A stretch of DNA of 64,000 bases, taken from the human T2T-CHM13v2.0 reference genome, Homo sapiens. The notes beneath the pieces were generated by a model. That model was not told where the DNA came from and did not search any database. It saw only the letters and a program-made list of their open reading frames with translations. A program made the translations under genes and the position numbers. The stretch lies in assembly GCF_009914755.1 (NCBI RefSeq), contig NC_060935.1; one strand, written 5' to 3'. This document shows positions 1-13,481 of the stretch, piece by piece (positions within the stretch are counted from its first letter, which is position 1; the number at the start of each line of letters is the position of its first letter).

Positions 1-92
1 CCAGCTGGGGCCCCAACACTGCCCTCTGCAATCCAGCCACTCCCAGGAAGGGAGTAGAAGAGCAATAACGTCTTCTGTGGGAGCCTCCTTCA

Positions 93-203
93 CACCGTGC
101 CACAGCCTCCTTCCCCCATACCACCCCAGTCCATTAGGTCCAGCCCCCCTTGCACCGTGCCACAGCCTCCTTCCCCCCTGCCATCCCAGTCCATTAGGTC
201 CAG
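93..203. repeat. 60-bp-period tandem duplication (~1.85 copies)
   Basis: CACCGTGCCACAGCCTCCTTCCCCC..CCCAGTCCATTAGGTCCAG starts at 93 and again at 153 with few mismatches. Confidence 0.95.
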
Positions 204-856
204 ATGACCTGTGACACACACCCTGGGCCCCCAGCCCTGTGCTGGCCGCCCTGGTGGATGCTGGAAACGCCAGGCGAGCCTCTGGCCACAGAAGGTGGTG
301 CCTGGCCCATTGCACAGGGGCAGCCAAGGTAATCAGTTCAATGCCAGAGCAGTCAGGGAAGGCTTCCTGGGAATGGCAGCAATTGGGCTGGGCTTGCCAA
401 GCTGATTAGTGTGAACTGGTCGACCGAGGAAGGGAGAGCAGGCCTGATGTACAGAAGAGCAGATGCAGAGAGACAGGCAGGACTGTTTACCCTGGAGGGG
501 GAAGGCCCACTCACTGTGTGGGCAGGAAGCTGACTCAGAGTGTGATGAGAGTAACAGAGAACCCAAGTCTCTCTACTCCCAGCCCAGTGCTCATATAATC
601 GTGAGCCCTAGCCTTGCATTTTCATTCTCTTGTCTGGTCATCACTGGACAGTTGCCTCTGCCATGTCTACTGGACAGGACTCAGGATGGTCACCAGCAGC
701 TTTCCCCTGCATCCCTCCCCAAAGCCCAGAAACCCTGACCACCCCGCCGGGCCTGCCTCCTCCCCGGCCTTGGAGCCCAACCTGGACTCTGCAGTTGGTC
801 CTTTGGCGCCATCTGATGGTAGATATATGAAACTACAGCAAATGGGGGGACTGGTG

Positions 857-921
857 AAGGAGGAAAAGTTGGAGGAGGAAGAGGAGGAAGATGAGAGGGA
901 GATGAGGAAAGAGGAAGAGGA
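857..921. repeat. GA-rich low-complexity tract
   Basis: GAGGAGGAAGAGG-type purine run. Confidence 0.85.
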
Positions 922-964
922 AATAACTTGTATAGCCTATATGGATCACCATGTGCTTTGGTAG

Positions 965-1450
965 AGACAGAAAAATCTAGGCCCTACCGTTTTGCAGCTT
1001 TGTGACTTTGAGCAGTTCACAGTTCCTCCCTGAGCCTCAGTTTCCCCATCTGTAAAACCAGGAAAAATAACCCAAACTTAAGTGTTAACCTTTGGCAGGG
1101 TATTGACCAAGAGGGAGCTTGAGGGGGCCTTTGAGGGTGTCAGAAATACTTCTGTCTTGATGGTCACACGGTTTTAAAAAGTCATTGAGTTGTACACAAA
1201 GTTTGTGTACTTTACTGTATATATAATATATACATTATATGTAATACTATATATAGTATATATAATATAAACATATAATATATAACATATATATTATATA
1301 TAAATTATATATATAAAAATTATACCTCAACAAGAAAGGAAGCAATAACACTAATCTACCTTTAACGGTGAAAACCAAGAGAAATCATGTAAGAAAGGGG
1401 CTTAGCTCAGGGCCTGGCACCAAGTCAGGATGCATTGAGGGCGATGGTTA
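965..1450 (+). mobile_element. MIR split by an old L1M(C/E) 3'-end fragment (~1080-1340) containing a (TA)n tract (~1218-1325)
   Basis: MIR core CTGAGCCTCAGTTTCCCCATCTGTAAAA; L1M 3' motif CATTGAGTTGTACAC..TGTGTACTTTACTGTAT..TATACCTCAA; MIR tail GCTTAGCTCAGGGCCTGGCAC. Confidence 0.65.
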
Positions 1451-2489
1451 TCCCTGCTGTCACTCAGCACTTTCAAATATAGCTGTGCTTTATTTTGCAA
1501 TGACCCTGTAAGTTGACTTACTTTTTATAGCTGAGGGATTGAGGCTTGGTGAAAACTTGCTCTAGATGATCTAATTCCGTGCCCTAGACTTTTTCGCCTG
1601 GGCATAGCCCTCAAGCTAGGATAGGCTGAGCAGGGCCCAGGGCAACAGAGCTGTGTGGACAGGCTAGCCCTCAAGGGCCACTGCACCTGGCAAAGCACAA
1701 GACCAAAATGTTGTCCACTTGTTCCCAGGAGACCTGGCTCTTCCAGGTGATGAGGCACCAGAGGAACTTCTCTCAAGAAAGCAGGCATCAGCTGGCCAGA
1801 AGGAGTAAGGGCAGAAGAAGGCAGCAGGGCAGCACAGGGCACAGGGCTGGACAGGCAGATCTGGGTCTGAATTCAGGATCCTCTGGATGAAAGGGGGCAA
1901 GCTGCTTCTCATCCATGGGGGTCGGGTTTCTCATCTGCAAAATGGGGACGAGGACACGTGCCCTTCCTGCTGCTCAAGGTTGCTGTGATAGCTGAGTGAG
2001 ACCATGGAGTGAAGACTCTGGTCCTCCTACTGACCTTACAGGATGGGCAAGAGCCTCTCCATTTTGCAGATGAGGAAACTGAGGCACAGACACTTCAGAC
2101 CCCACCCAGCTATGACCCATCTCCCACCTGGGACCTCAGCCCCAAGGTGACTCATGGCAGAAACACAGCCCAGGGAAGAGGAACAAAGGTTTTGGGGGGA
2201 GGTGGCCTAAAACCTGCCCAGAAACCTCAGTGCTGCAGATGACACAGAACCACCAATACGGCTAAAGGGACTGGGTGGGGCACTTTAGAAAAGCAATAGG
2301 AATATCATCCCAGCCCTGAGGTTAATTCAGATCGGGGACCCAGAGTTGGGTTCTCGATGCCTTGTGATGTCCAAGCAGCTTCCCAGGCCTCCTTCCTTCA
2401 CGGAGCTCCTGGGACCATCTCCTCCTCCTGCATCCTGGACAGGGGTCATGTAATTCCACCCCATTCCCATCACGGGGCCAGTGGCCCCA

Positions 2490-2842
2490 TGTCTTAGTCT
2501 GCTTGGGCAGCTATAACAAAAATACCATAATCTAGGTGGTTTACAAAGAGCAAACATGTATTTCTTATAGTTCTGGGAGCTGGGAAGTCCAAGATCAAGG
2601 TGCCCCAGATTTGGTGTCTGGTGAAGACCCACTTTCTCATGTACAGATGGCACTTCTTGCTGTATCTTCACAGAGTATAAGTGATGAAAGAGCTCCCTCA
2701 GACCTATTTAATAAGGGCACTAATCCCAGTCAACTGTCCTCATGGCCTAATCGCCTCCTCAATGCCCCACCTCCTAATACCATCACATCGGTGATTAGGT
2801 TTCAATGTGGGAATTTGAGGAGTACACATTCAGACCATAGCA
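2490..2842 (-). mobile_element. MLT1A-type (ERVL-MaLR) solo LTR
   Basis: TG..CA termini; TGTCTTAGTC..GGGAAGTCCAAGATCAAGGTGCC..ACATTCAGACCATAGCA; perfect 5-bp TSD CCCCA (2485-2489 / 2843-2847). Confidence 0.9.
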
Positions 2843-3965
2843 CCCCATGACCTACCTAAGGCCACCCAACTGGTCATAGCCACCAGGTGCTGCAAAAGCC
2901 TTGAGCTCATCTAGTGAGAACCCTCATCTATCAGAGAGGGAAAGGGCTTGTCTGAGGCTGCACAGCAGAGCTGGGACTGGAAGCCAGACCTCTGCACACC
3001 AGGCCTCGAGGGGAACCACAGGTGCTCAGGCCTTCTGAAAGCCACCTCATCACTGTGAGAGGGCCTCAGCCTCCACTGCTACAGCTGACTCTGCAGCCCC
3101 TCCCTCCAGCCGTGGTGACAGCAGAGCCATGGAAGCAGCTGGGCCTCCCAGTCCAGGCCCCTCTGGGATTGCCCTTCCCAACAGCTTGGCATGGCCCTGG
3201 CCCGCCACCTGGTGGCCACAACAACAATTGCCAGGACGTAGCCTCAGGCTCTGATCCCACCTCCCTCTCCCTGGGGGCAGCCTCTGCTACAAGGCAGTGG
3301 AGGAGCCCATGGCTCTTCCCAGAAGCCCTCTGCTCTAGTGGGCAGCATTTCTGAGACCCCTACAAAGTGCTTGGTGCTAAGCCCCAGGGCCACAGAGGCC
3401 TCTCCAGGGGTGAGGGTCACACATCTCTGAGACCATGAAGTCAGGCTGGACCGACCCTTCTAACATGATTTCCTTTAGGCAACAAAGAGTTCCTGGCACC
3501 GAGAAGGCTTTTACTTTGCAAACTCAAATGTGCAAGAAATCATCCGTTTTCACATTTGCTTTCAAATTTTCTCTCCAGTTCCTCCTCCTGGGCTCACCCA
3601 CGCCTGAACTTCCCCCACCTGAGAGAGCACAGATGACAGCAAGTGTCCGTGGCCCCAGAGGGAAGGAAAGGGCCTCTGGGGTCACTGCAGTCCCTCTGGC
3701 CTCAAGCCCAGGCTGGCCATGTCTGTAGAGGTAGGAGGTCCCAAGCTCCTGCGCTTCCAGGGGCTCAGCAGTTTACACCCCGTTGGCAGCCCCAGCTTAA
3801 GGTGCAGGCTCCCTCGCAAGCCACACAGCCGTTCTCGTTGGAGGCCCTGCCACCTCTTGGGGTGCAGGGATTGGTTTCCTGTCACCCATGGGTCCCACCA
3901 CCCTCAGGGCCCTTTATAGGCTGGGGTGATTTTTGCTTTCTTTGCTGGTTCTCTCACGAGCTAGA

Positions 3966-4420
3966 TGTTCTAGTTATACTGCTATGCTACAAACCACCCC
4001 AAAATTGAGCACATAAGACAGCCATTTTATTATAGCCATGGATTCTGTGGGTCAGAAATTTGGAAAGGGCATCATGGAGACAGTTTACCTCTGCCCATAA
4101 TGCCTGAGGCGCCGGCTGGAAGATTAAGGCTGGGGTGACTTGACGGTGGTGGCAGGAACCCTCTGGTGGGCATCCTCACGTGCAGGTCTGAGGCCGACAC
4201 GGGCTGCCACCTGGGACACTGACCCATCTGCTCCACTCCACGTGGTCTGTGAGTTCTTTTTAGCACAGCAGCTGGGTTCTAAGAGTGGATGTCGCAGGAG
4301 AGCAAGGCAGAAATGCGTGGCATTTTCTAGATCTAGCCTGGGAAGTTACAGAGCATCTTCTGCCATACTCTACTGGTCAAGGCAGTCACAAAAGTCTATG
4401 AATCAGAGATGTGGGGTGGA
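3966..4420 (-). mobile_element. MLT1F/G-type LTR
   Basis: ACAAACCACCCCAAAA..GGATTCTGTGGGTCAGAAATTTGG..CTTCTGCCATACTCTACTGGTCAAGGCAGTCACAA. Confidence 0.7.
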
Positions 4421-5350
4421 GTTGGGCTCAGATTGAGCACTGAGTGAAAAAGCTTCACTGCAAACAGGGATACCCCCAGAACAAAGTCCAGGCTTTGTGG
4501 GGAGGAGAAATGAAGCAGATCTGCTAAAGCCAAAAGACGGAGAACTGCTTCTGTCTGTGAGTGGGGTGGGTTGGCCAGCAATACCTGGGCTTCACAGGTC
4601 AGTATGGGGCTGGCTGAAGGCACCCACCTGGTGTTTAGGGGGCCCAGGGGCCTCCATAGAGCAAGATAAGTGCCACGTTAGCACACCAGGGTCACCAGGC
4701 AGCCAGGACAGGTGACTATCTCAGGGTCTGATGGAAGCTCAAAGTCCAGATGCTCTGCTCAGCCCACTCCCGGGCTCCACACTGGTCTCCACCATCTGTG
4801 TGACCTGGGCTGATGACATCTTCGAACTCCACTTTCTCACCTGCAAAACGGGGCTAATTATAGTTCAATGAGTCATAGCCCATTTCAGGGGCAAGTTCTA
4901 AATCAGTAAGGCAAAAATTAGGTACACACAAAACGACCCTTGAGAACCTCTTATGCTCCCCACCAGCATGGATACACATGGTTTTGTGTATACAGTTGTG
5001 AAGAGTAAGTCTAATGAATGTCAAATGTGGACAACTGATGAAGCAGAACAGAGGGTGGATGGGGTGCAGTGGGAAAGCCAAGAGGGAGGTCTGGACTTCT
5101 GTGCCATCTGCCTTTAAGGAAATGCCCATCTCTAGTTGAGTGGGGGACAGGGCAGGGGTAGGGGTGGGGTTCCTCTAAGCCTGTCAGGTTTGCTGACTGG
5201 CTTTTCCGTGTTGCTTTCACACCAATCCTCTGTAGTGTTAAACGAACTGATAGATTTGCGTGGCATTGTACAAATTAAACTAGTTAATATACATAAAGGC
5301 TCCAGCACAGTTCCTGGCATATAATAAGTGCTCAATAAATGTGGGTTGGA

Positions 5351-5648
5351 TTTTTTTTTTTTTTTGTGAGACAGAGTCTCGCTCTGTCACCCAGGCTGGA
5401 GTGCAGTGGTGAGAGCTCAACTCATCGCAACCTCCAACTCCAGGGTACAAGTGATTCTCATGTCTCAGCCTCCCAAGTAGCTGGGACTACAGGTCTACAC
5501 CACCATGCCTGGCTAACTTATTTTGTGTGTGTATTTTGTATTTTTAGTAGAGACAGGGTCTCACCATGTTGACTAGGCTGGTCTCAAACTCCTGGCCTTG
5601 GCCTCCCAAAGTGCTGGGATTACAAGCGTGAGCCACTGCACCCCGCCC
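5351..5648 (-). mobile_element. Alu (AluJ-like) with internal deletion in left monomer
   Basis: polyT, GAGACAGAGTCTCGCTCTGTCACCCAGGCTGG..CCCAAAGTGCTGGGATTACA. Confidence 0.92.
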
Positions 5649-7059
5649 TGGATTCATCTTAATCTCGCTTGATCAGACCCATGCACGTGGCTCATTTTCA
5701 GCCAGTGCTGCCATCCTGGTTGTTAAAATATCAGCATGTGTCCACTCCAGTTGGTAAATAGCTGCTGTCTAATTCCCCATGAGTGTGACCCGCTGCCCTG
5801 CTGCCCTGGCCTCTTACGTGGGATCCCCGTGTCTCCCCATGATGCAGCAGCTTGAGGGGTGGCCTTGGTCCAATTGGGCCCCTGGGACCTGCTCAAGTAC
5901 CAGGCCAGGTCTGTTCTGACTGTTGGTCCCATGAGCTTCTGGGGTTAAATATTTCAAAGATCACTCCTGCCCATGTGCCCACTGCTCTGTGAAAAGCTGG
6001 AAGCAGCAGCCAGGCACTGCCTCCTGCACTCTCGGCTGGCATTTCCTGCTGGGGCCCACGGATCCCTTGCTCAGCCTGGGCTCTGGCTCCTGCCCTTGGA
6101 CAGGATTCCAGAGGCAGGTGTGTCCTCATGGTGGGGCCTCACTCCCGAGTGAGGACGAGCTGCCTCCTTTCAGGGAATGTGGTGCCCAGAGGCACCAGGG
6201 GCCTCTCAGTGGCAGCTGTCTTTGAAGTCCTTGGACCCATTTCTCCCCAGCCCTGCCTGTAGCTATGTGGGGACCCAGGCCCAGTGCCACTCAGACTTTC
6301 TCAGCCTGCCCCTGAAATACCCACTAATGCCAACCAAGAATTAACACATGCACCCGCAGGCCAGGCAGCCTGCCTGAAGCAGCTGACACAAGTGTGAAAT
6401 TTCTTTGAAGTCTTGGGTTTTGTCTCAAAAAATACACGCAGATTCTGCATTCTGCTCCATAATGTTTCCATTTTTGTTTAAATCTAAAAATAGGGCTTTA
6501 AATGACTTCCAGTGAAGAAAGTTGCCTCTCCAGGAAGATGTCGGGGCTTAGCCTGTGAGACTGTCAACACCCCTGGCCACAGGCCTCTGGGCACTCAAGG
6601 CTGGAAACCGAAAAATGTTGTCCCCGCCCCTCAGGAAAGGTTGAGTCTGACTTTTCACCTCTGACCTGTGCTTAGGCACCCTCTTTGGGTCACCTCCTAT
6701 TTCTGTCCCTCTGAAACTGCAGTTGGCCCTGACCCAGAGTGGTGAGGAGTGGCGGTCTCTTGCTACTACAGGTAGGATGCAGGCTTGGCAATGCCAGTGG
6801 CCATGGTTCTACCCACCCCTGCCTTGAAAGGAAAATAGCACAGCTCAAGAAAAGGGACACCCAGAGACAGCAGTGCCCTGACAACATCACTCACTCTCCT
6901 TGACCCAGCATCACCTTGGATGTCGCAGGGCTATGTGACCAGAAATTCCTCATGTTGCCCCTAAACATGGTGAGGCCCTGTCTCTACCATGCACAGATGA
7001 AAAGAGTCCTAATTAATCAACTCTCCCTAGAAAGGAGACCACTCGGAGGAGCCCTACTC

Positions 7060-7380
7060 ATTCTCAAAATATTCAGAGGCTATCCTGCGGAGGAGGGAGA
7101 GTATCTGTTCTCTGTGGCTCCACTGGGCCACAACCAAGACTGAGGTGTGGGAGATGGAACAGGGCAGATTTAGGATGGTGGGAGGAAGTGCTTTCTGAGT
7201 CAGATCTTTCCAGGGAAAGCAGGGCCTGCTTATCAGGTAGTGAGCTCCTGTCCCTAGGGGTATGTAAGTGTAAGCTGATAACCTTCTGGTAGCAAAAAGG
7301 TAGAAAGATTGAAGCACTAGATGGGGAAGGGTGGGCTTTTGTCTCTAAAATTCCTTCCCTTTCTGAGTCTCTGGTTCCAT
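7060..7380 (+). mobile_element. L3 (CR1 LINE) 3' fragment
   Basis: GAGGAGGGAGAGTATCTGTTCTCTGTGGCTCCA..GGGCAGATTTAGG..GGAAGTGCTTTCTGA resembles the L3 consensus. Confidence 0.6.
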
Positions 7381-8789
7381 GATACTCTCTAAGCCCTGTT
7401 CAGGGATGTTTCCTCCCCATTCCAGTGTCCAGGGTTGCTCACAGTCACCACTCCTTTCAAAGCTGGAGGCACTGCAGCAGTGAGCAGGTGGGCATCTGTG
7501 CCCTGTGTGACCTGCTGATAGCATAGACGTGGTTATCAGCCCTCTATATGTCAGGATTCTGACTAGGAAAACTCAGTGACCCAAAGTGACCTTCATCCAA
7601 ACCTCTCCTTTATTTCTGTAGTTTATACACTTTGCGTGCAAACACCCCTGGGAGGGACAGTACCTACACCTTTGGCAATGCTAAGCTTCACACAAAGAAT
7701 TTTTCATCTCCTTTCTTGGATCGGGGTGGCTTTTATTTTTCTTCCAAGAACAACTAATCCTTATGCAGACCCAAGAAGTGGCAGCTAAGCTTCGGAGCCA
7801 GAAAAATGAGAGCCCTGAGTACATGCCCTTACAGAGATCTGGCTTGCCCACATGTCACCCCCAACCCTAATTGAACTCACCAGGAAAACGTAAAAGGGGG
7901 GTGGGGATGAGAGGTGGGGCATTTAGATAGCATTACAATTTTTCTAAAGGGCCAGGTAGGAGTTTGAGGAATTTCTTCTAAGCCAGTCACTGATGGGGCC
8001 AGGTAGGAGAAATACCCTGAAAGCAACATGCAGCCGGACCCAACTATCTGTGAGCTGGAACCGCCAAGGGGCTCTCCTCTGACCTGGGGGCTAAAGTGCC
8101 CAGAAAGAGGACAGGCCGCTGCTCTGGCCTCCCCGGCGCAACGACCTCACCAAACAAGGCCCCTTCAGGAGTGTCCTGGACCGGTGGCCACGAATTGCAA
8201 GGCCTCGCTTGCTCTATACAGGTTGTGCAGGACATAATCCAGGTGCGGGGTGCAAGGAGCTTCACATCCCATTCCCTCACCCATTTGTAAAGGTGTTACT
8301 TCATTTGTCCAGCAGATGGCAGTAAAGTATCCCAAACAAGAGGCGCCTTTCTTTGCGTTGCCCAGAAACCACTGGTTCTGCTCCTGGGTGGCAGAAAACT
8401 TGGAGAAGACAATCAGCTCTCCAGATTCCAATCTAAGAGTCAGATTCCCCCCTTACCCCCCTTTTTTTCTTTCTATTTCCACAACTATTTTTAATAAAAG
8501 CTTTACAGTTTTCGACGTCCAATGGTTCCCCGAGACTTACCATAAAACTCAGCTGCCACCTCCCCACCTCATCTCACCAGCTCTCTGGGACAGGCGACCA
8601 CTTGCAACTCTGGGAGGTGTCTCTTCTGTTTTTAAATCTCCATAATTCTAAGCACTAGTTCTTGATTTCACCATTTTCGACACCATCTTTGACTTACTGT
8701 GATGGAAGATGAAGATTTATCTTTCTTACAATCCATCCCACCCTGTCCCTCCACCACTTCCCCTCCCATCTCTCTCCCAGCATGTCTCC

Positions 8790-9460
8790 CTATTTTTGGT
8801 TCTTGATATTTACTCGTCTTCTTTGCCATCTCTGGACTTACGGGGTGCCCTCTATGCCAAACGGCATTCCACCCAACATTGCTTCGGACCAACGAACCCA
8901 TTTCACAGCGACAGGACAACAGGGACCTTGGGCCCGTGGAAATCGCTAGTCTTATCATGGACTCTCTCTCATCTGGAAGCAGCTGGCCCAACTGAAGGGT
9001 GGAATGGCCATGTGAACACTCAGTTAAGGTTCTGCTTGAGAGACAATGGCCTGAAAGGTTAAAGTTCTGTCTTACAGGATGAAGAATATGCTTTGATGAG
9101 GTGACCAGTAGAAGGTATGGTTCCTCCCACATCCACAATAACAGGGCCCCAAATCAGAGAGTGGGAGTGGCTTTCCTCACTATTACACCTAATAACCACA
9201 TGCACTCGAACCCTCCGGGCTCTGTCGATTTGAAAGGTTTTGTTCCCGAGGGAGAAATGCTTCCATCGCGGAACACAACCAGGGGCCCATTGAGTTGGTC
9301 CATGAGACTGGACACTATGGGTGCCTCCTGCCACTGAACTGGCAACATGGGAGGAAGTCACTCTGCTGTGTGGCACATTTGATCCTGGTGATCAAATCAG
9401 GCTGATACTGTACAATGGGAGACTATGTCTAACACCCAGACAACTTTCTGAGTACCTCTT
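8790..9460 (+). mobile_element. Decayed ERV-L-class internal segment: integrase core followed by dUTPase
   Basis: Frameshifted translation: GIPPNIASDQRTHFTA (8863-8910), HLEAAGPTEGWNGHVNTQL, VAFLTITPN, FVPEGEMLPSRNTTRGPLSWSMRL, GHYGCLLPLN, VTLLCGTFDPGDQIRLILYNG; collinear with HERV-L GIPHSIASDQGTHFTA / HPEAAGLIERWNGLLK / LVPEGGTLPPGDTT / GHFGLLLP / GVIDPDY. Confidence 0.85.
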
Positions 9461-11306
9461 TTTTTAGCTTTAATTTTTATTGTAATAGTTTTTTGGGGTA
9501 CAGGTGGTCTTTGATTACATGAATAACTTCTTTAGCAGTGATTTCTGAGATTTTAGTGCACCGGTCACCCAAGCAGTGTACACTGTACCCAATATGTAGT
9601 CTTTTATCCATTACCCTCCCAACCTTCCCCCACAAGTCCCCAAAGTCCCTTATATCATTCTAATGCCTTTGCATCCTCATAGCTTAGCTCCCACTTACAA
9701 GTGAGAACATACAATATTTGGCTCTCCATTCCCAAGTTACTTCACCTAGAATAATGGCCTCCAGCTCCAACCAAGTTGCTGCAAAAGACATTATTTCATT
9801 CTTATGGCTGAGTAATATTCCATGGTGTATATATAACACATTTTCTTATCCACTGGTTGGTTGATGGGCACTTAGGTTGGCTCCATAACTTTGCAATTGC
9901 AAATTGTGAGGCATAAATGGGTGTACAGGTGTTTTTTTCATATAATGATGTATTTTTCTTTGGGTAGACACCCAGTAGTGGGATTGCTAGATCAAATGGT
10001 AGTTCTACATTTAGCTCTTTAAGGAATCTCCATACTGTTTTCCATAGTGGTTGTACTAATTTACATTCTCACCAGCAACATAAACGTGTTCCCTTTTCAT
10101 GACATCCATGCCAACACCTATTGTTTTTTGACTTTTTAATGATGGCCGTTCTTGGAAGAGTAAGGTGGTATCTCATTGTGGTTTGGATTTGCATTTCCCC
10201 GATGATTAGTGATGTTGAGCATTTTTTCGTATGTTTGTTGGCTCTTTGTATATATTCCTTTGAGAACTGTGTATTCATGTCCTTTGCCCACTTTTTGATG
10301 GGATTATTTGTGTGTGTGTGTGTGTGTGTGTTTCTTGCTAATTTGACTGCCTTGCAGATTCTGGATATGAGTCCTTTGCTGGATGCATAGTTTATGAATA
10401 TTTTCTCCCACTCTGTGGGTTGTTTGTTTACTCTGCTGATTATTTCTTTTGCTGTGCAGAAGCTTTTTAGTTTAATTAGGTCCCATTCATTTATTTTTGT
10501 TTTTGTTGCATTTGTTTTGGGGGTCTTAGTCATGAATTCTTTGCCTAAGCCAATGTCTAGAAGAGTTTTTCTGATGTTATCTTCTAGAGATGTTATGGTT
10601 TCAGGTCTTGGATTTAAGTCTTTGATCCACCATGAATCGATTTTTGTATAAGGTGAGAAATGGAAATCCAGTTTCATTCTTCTACATGTGGCTTGCCAGT
10701 TTTCCCAGCACCATTTATTGAATACAGCGTCTTGTCCCCAGTTTACGTTTTTGTATGCTTTATCAAAGAGCAGTTGGCTGTACTTATTTGGCTTTATTTC
10801 CGGGTTCTCTATTCTGTTCCATTGGTCTACATGTGTGTTTTTATACCAGTACTACACTGTTTTGGTAACTATAGCCTTATAATATAGTTTGAAGTCGAGT
10901 AATGTGATGCTTCCAGATTTGTTCTTTTTGCTTAGTATTGCTTTGGTTATACAGGATTTTTTGGGTTCCACAATTTTAGGATTGTTTTTTCTAGTTCTGT
11001 GAAGAATGATTATGGTATTTTGATGGGAATTGCATTGAATCTGTAGATTGCTTTGGGCAGTATGGTCATCTTCACAATATTGATTCTTCCTATCCATGAG
11101 CATGGGATGTGTTTCCATTTGTTTGTGTTATCTATGATTTCTTTCAGCAGTGTTTTATAATTTTCCTTGTAGAGATCTTTCACCTCTTTGGTTAAGTATA
11201 TTCCTAAATTATTTATTTATTTATTATTTTGCAGCTGTTGTAAAAGGGAGTGAGTTCATGATTGAATTTCAGCTTGGTTGTTGTTGGTGTATAAGAGTGC
11301 TACTGA

Positions 11307-11348
<42 letters not shown>

Positions 11349-11622
11349 GTTTTTTTTTTTTTTTACAAAAAATCACATTGATTTTGTATCCTGAGGCTCT
11401 ACTGGATTTGTTTATCAGATCTAGGAGCTTTTTGGATAAGTCTTTAGAGTTTTCTAGGTATACAGTCATATCATCAGTGAATAGTGAAAGTTTGACTTCC
11501 TCTTTTTCAATCTGGATGCCCTTTATTTCTTCCTCTTGTCTGGTTGCTCTGGCCAGGACTTCCAGTACTATGTTGAATAGAAGTGGTAAAAATGGGCATC
11601 CTTGTCCCAATTCTCAGGGGAA
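9461..11622 (-). mobile_element. 5'-truncated L1PB (L1PB1/2-like), ORF2 3' half plus 3'UTR
   Basis: L1PB 3'UTR signature TTTTGGGGTACAGGTGGT..GTGATTTCTGAGATTTT; ORF2 fragments 11269-11610 (LSLFTDDM), 10852-11118, 10069-10677; internal (TG)n at ~10309 and ~11309. Confidence 0.9.
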
Positions 11623-13154
11623 GTGCAATAGAACCACTCATGTCAAAGATGTTAGAATTAGCACAGGGAATTTAAAGCAGACTTTATAAATATGCTCAAG
11701 GACTTAAAGAACAAAAATGTTTATAATGAATGAATAGAGGGAAAATCACAGCAAAGAAGTGGAAACTCTAAACAAGAACCAAATAGAAATAGAAATTCTA
11801 GACTTGAAAAGTACCATATATGAAATTTAAAAAATTCACTGATATGCATAACAACAAACAAACTGGCAGAAGAGTCAATGAACTTGAAGCTTGATAAATA
11901 GAAAGTATCTAATCTGAAGTGGAAAAAGGTTTGAAATAAACTAAACAGGGTCTCAGAAATCTGTAAGATAATATTAGTTTCCTTAACACATGTCATTAAA
12001 GTCTTAGAAGGAGAGAAAATTGATACCAGAGCAGAAAAATTATTTGATAAACTGTCCCAAACTTGGTGAAAAACACAACTTATATACTCAATAAGCTCAC
12101 TGAACCCCAAGAAAGATAAAAATAAAAGGAAGCAGTTCCTAGGCACATCATAGTCTAAAGATCAAAGAGAGAGAAAATCTTGAAAGCAGCCAATGAAAAC
12201 AAAAACCAAACCAAAACAACCAAACACACAAAAAAACCATATCACACATAGAGGAACACTTGCATGAAGAATGAATGAGTTATCATCAGAGACAATAGAA
12301 GCCAGAACATAATGAAATACCATCTTTAATGTGCTGAAAGGGAAAAAAAAACTTAGAATTATATATCCAGAAAAAAATCCATAAACATGGGGAAACAAAG
12401 ATATTTCAAATAAATGAAAATTGAGAAAACTCACTGCCAGTAGACCTGTTTCACAAGAAATACAAAAAGAAGTTCTTTAGGCTGAAGGGAGATTACACTG
12501 AAGGATACTCAGATTTACAGGAAGGAATGAAGAACATTAGAAATAGTACACATGTAAATCGTTATAAAGGAAAAAACTTTATTTCCTTAATCTAAAAAAG
12601 ATATAATTATTTGGAGCAAAAATTATAACACGGTATTATGGAGCTCATAATGTATATAGCATGTGTGTGTGTGTGTGTGTGTATGTCTATATATATATAA
12701 AATAAAATTAACACAAAGCAAAGGTTCTTACTTTGATGTGAAGTGACAAAATATCTATGATAAGGTAAGGACTCATATTAAAATTGCTAGAGGAAATATT
12801 ACAAATGCAAAGAGGTTTTGCTAATGCAAAGAGGTTTTGATAAAAAGTAATAGAGAAAAGGTTCTTTAAAAAATGTTTAACTCAAAAGAAAACAAAAAAG
12901 GAGGAAGACAGGAACAAAAGATTCAGGTGACAAATAGAAAATCAACAGCAAAATTGATAGGCCTATACTCAACTATGTCAATAATTATATTAAATATAAA
13001 TGGATTAAACACTCTAGTTAAAAAGCAGAGCTTATCAGACTGAGCTAAAAGAGAAAGAACCAATTGTGTTCTCTATAAGAGGCACTCTTTCAATAGAAAT
13101 ATATAGTTAGGTTGAAGGTATAAGAAGACAAAAAGTTATATCATGCAAGCATTA

Positions 13155-13481
<327 letters not shown>

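Noticed and set aside
614-964. 116-aa ORF with an acidic run
   Set aside because: The poly-Glu comes from GA-rich low-complexity DNA.
8709-9337. Domesticated viral integrase/dUTPase gene
   Set aside because: Multiple frameshifts and stops; the first catalytic Asp region is missing; no promoter or splice support.
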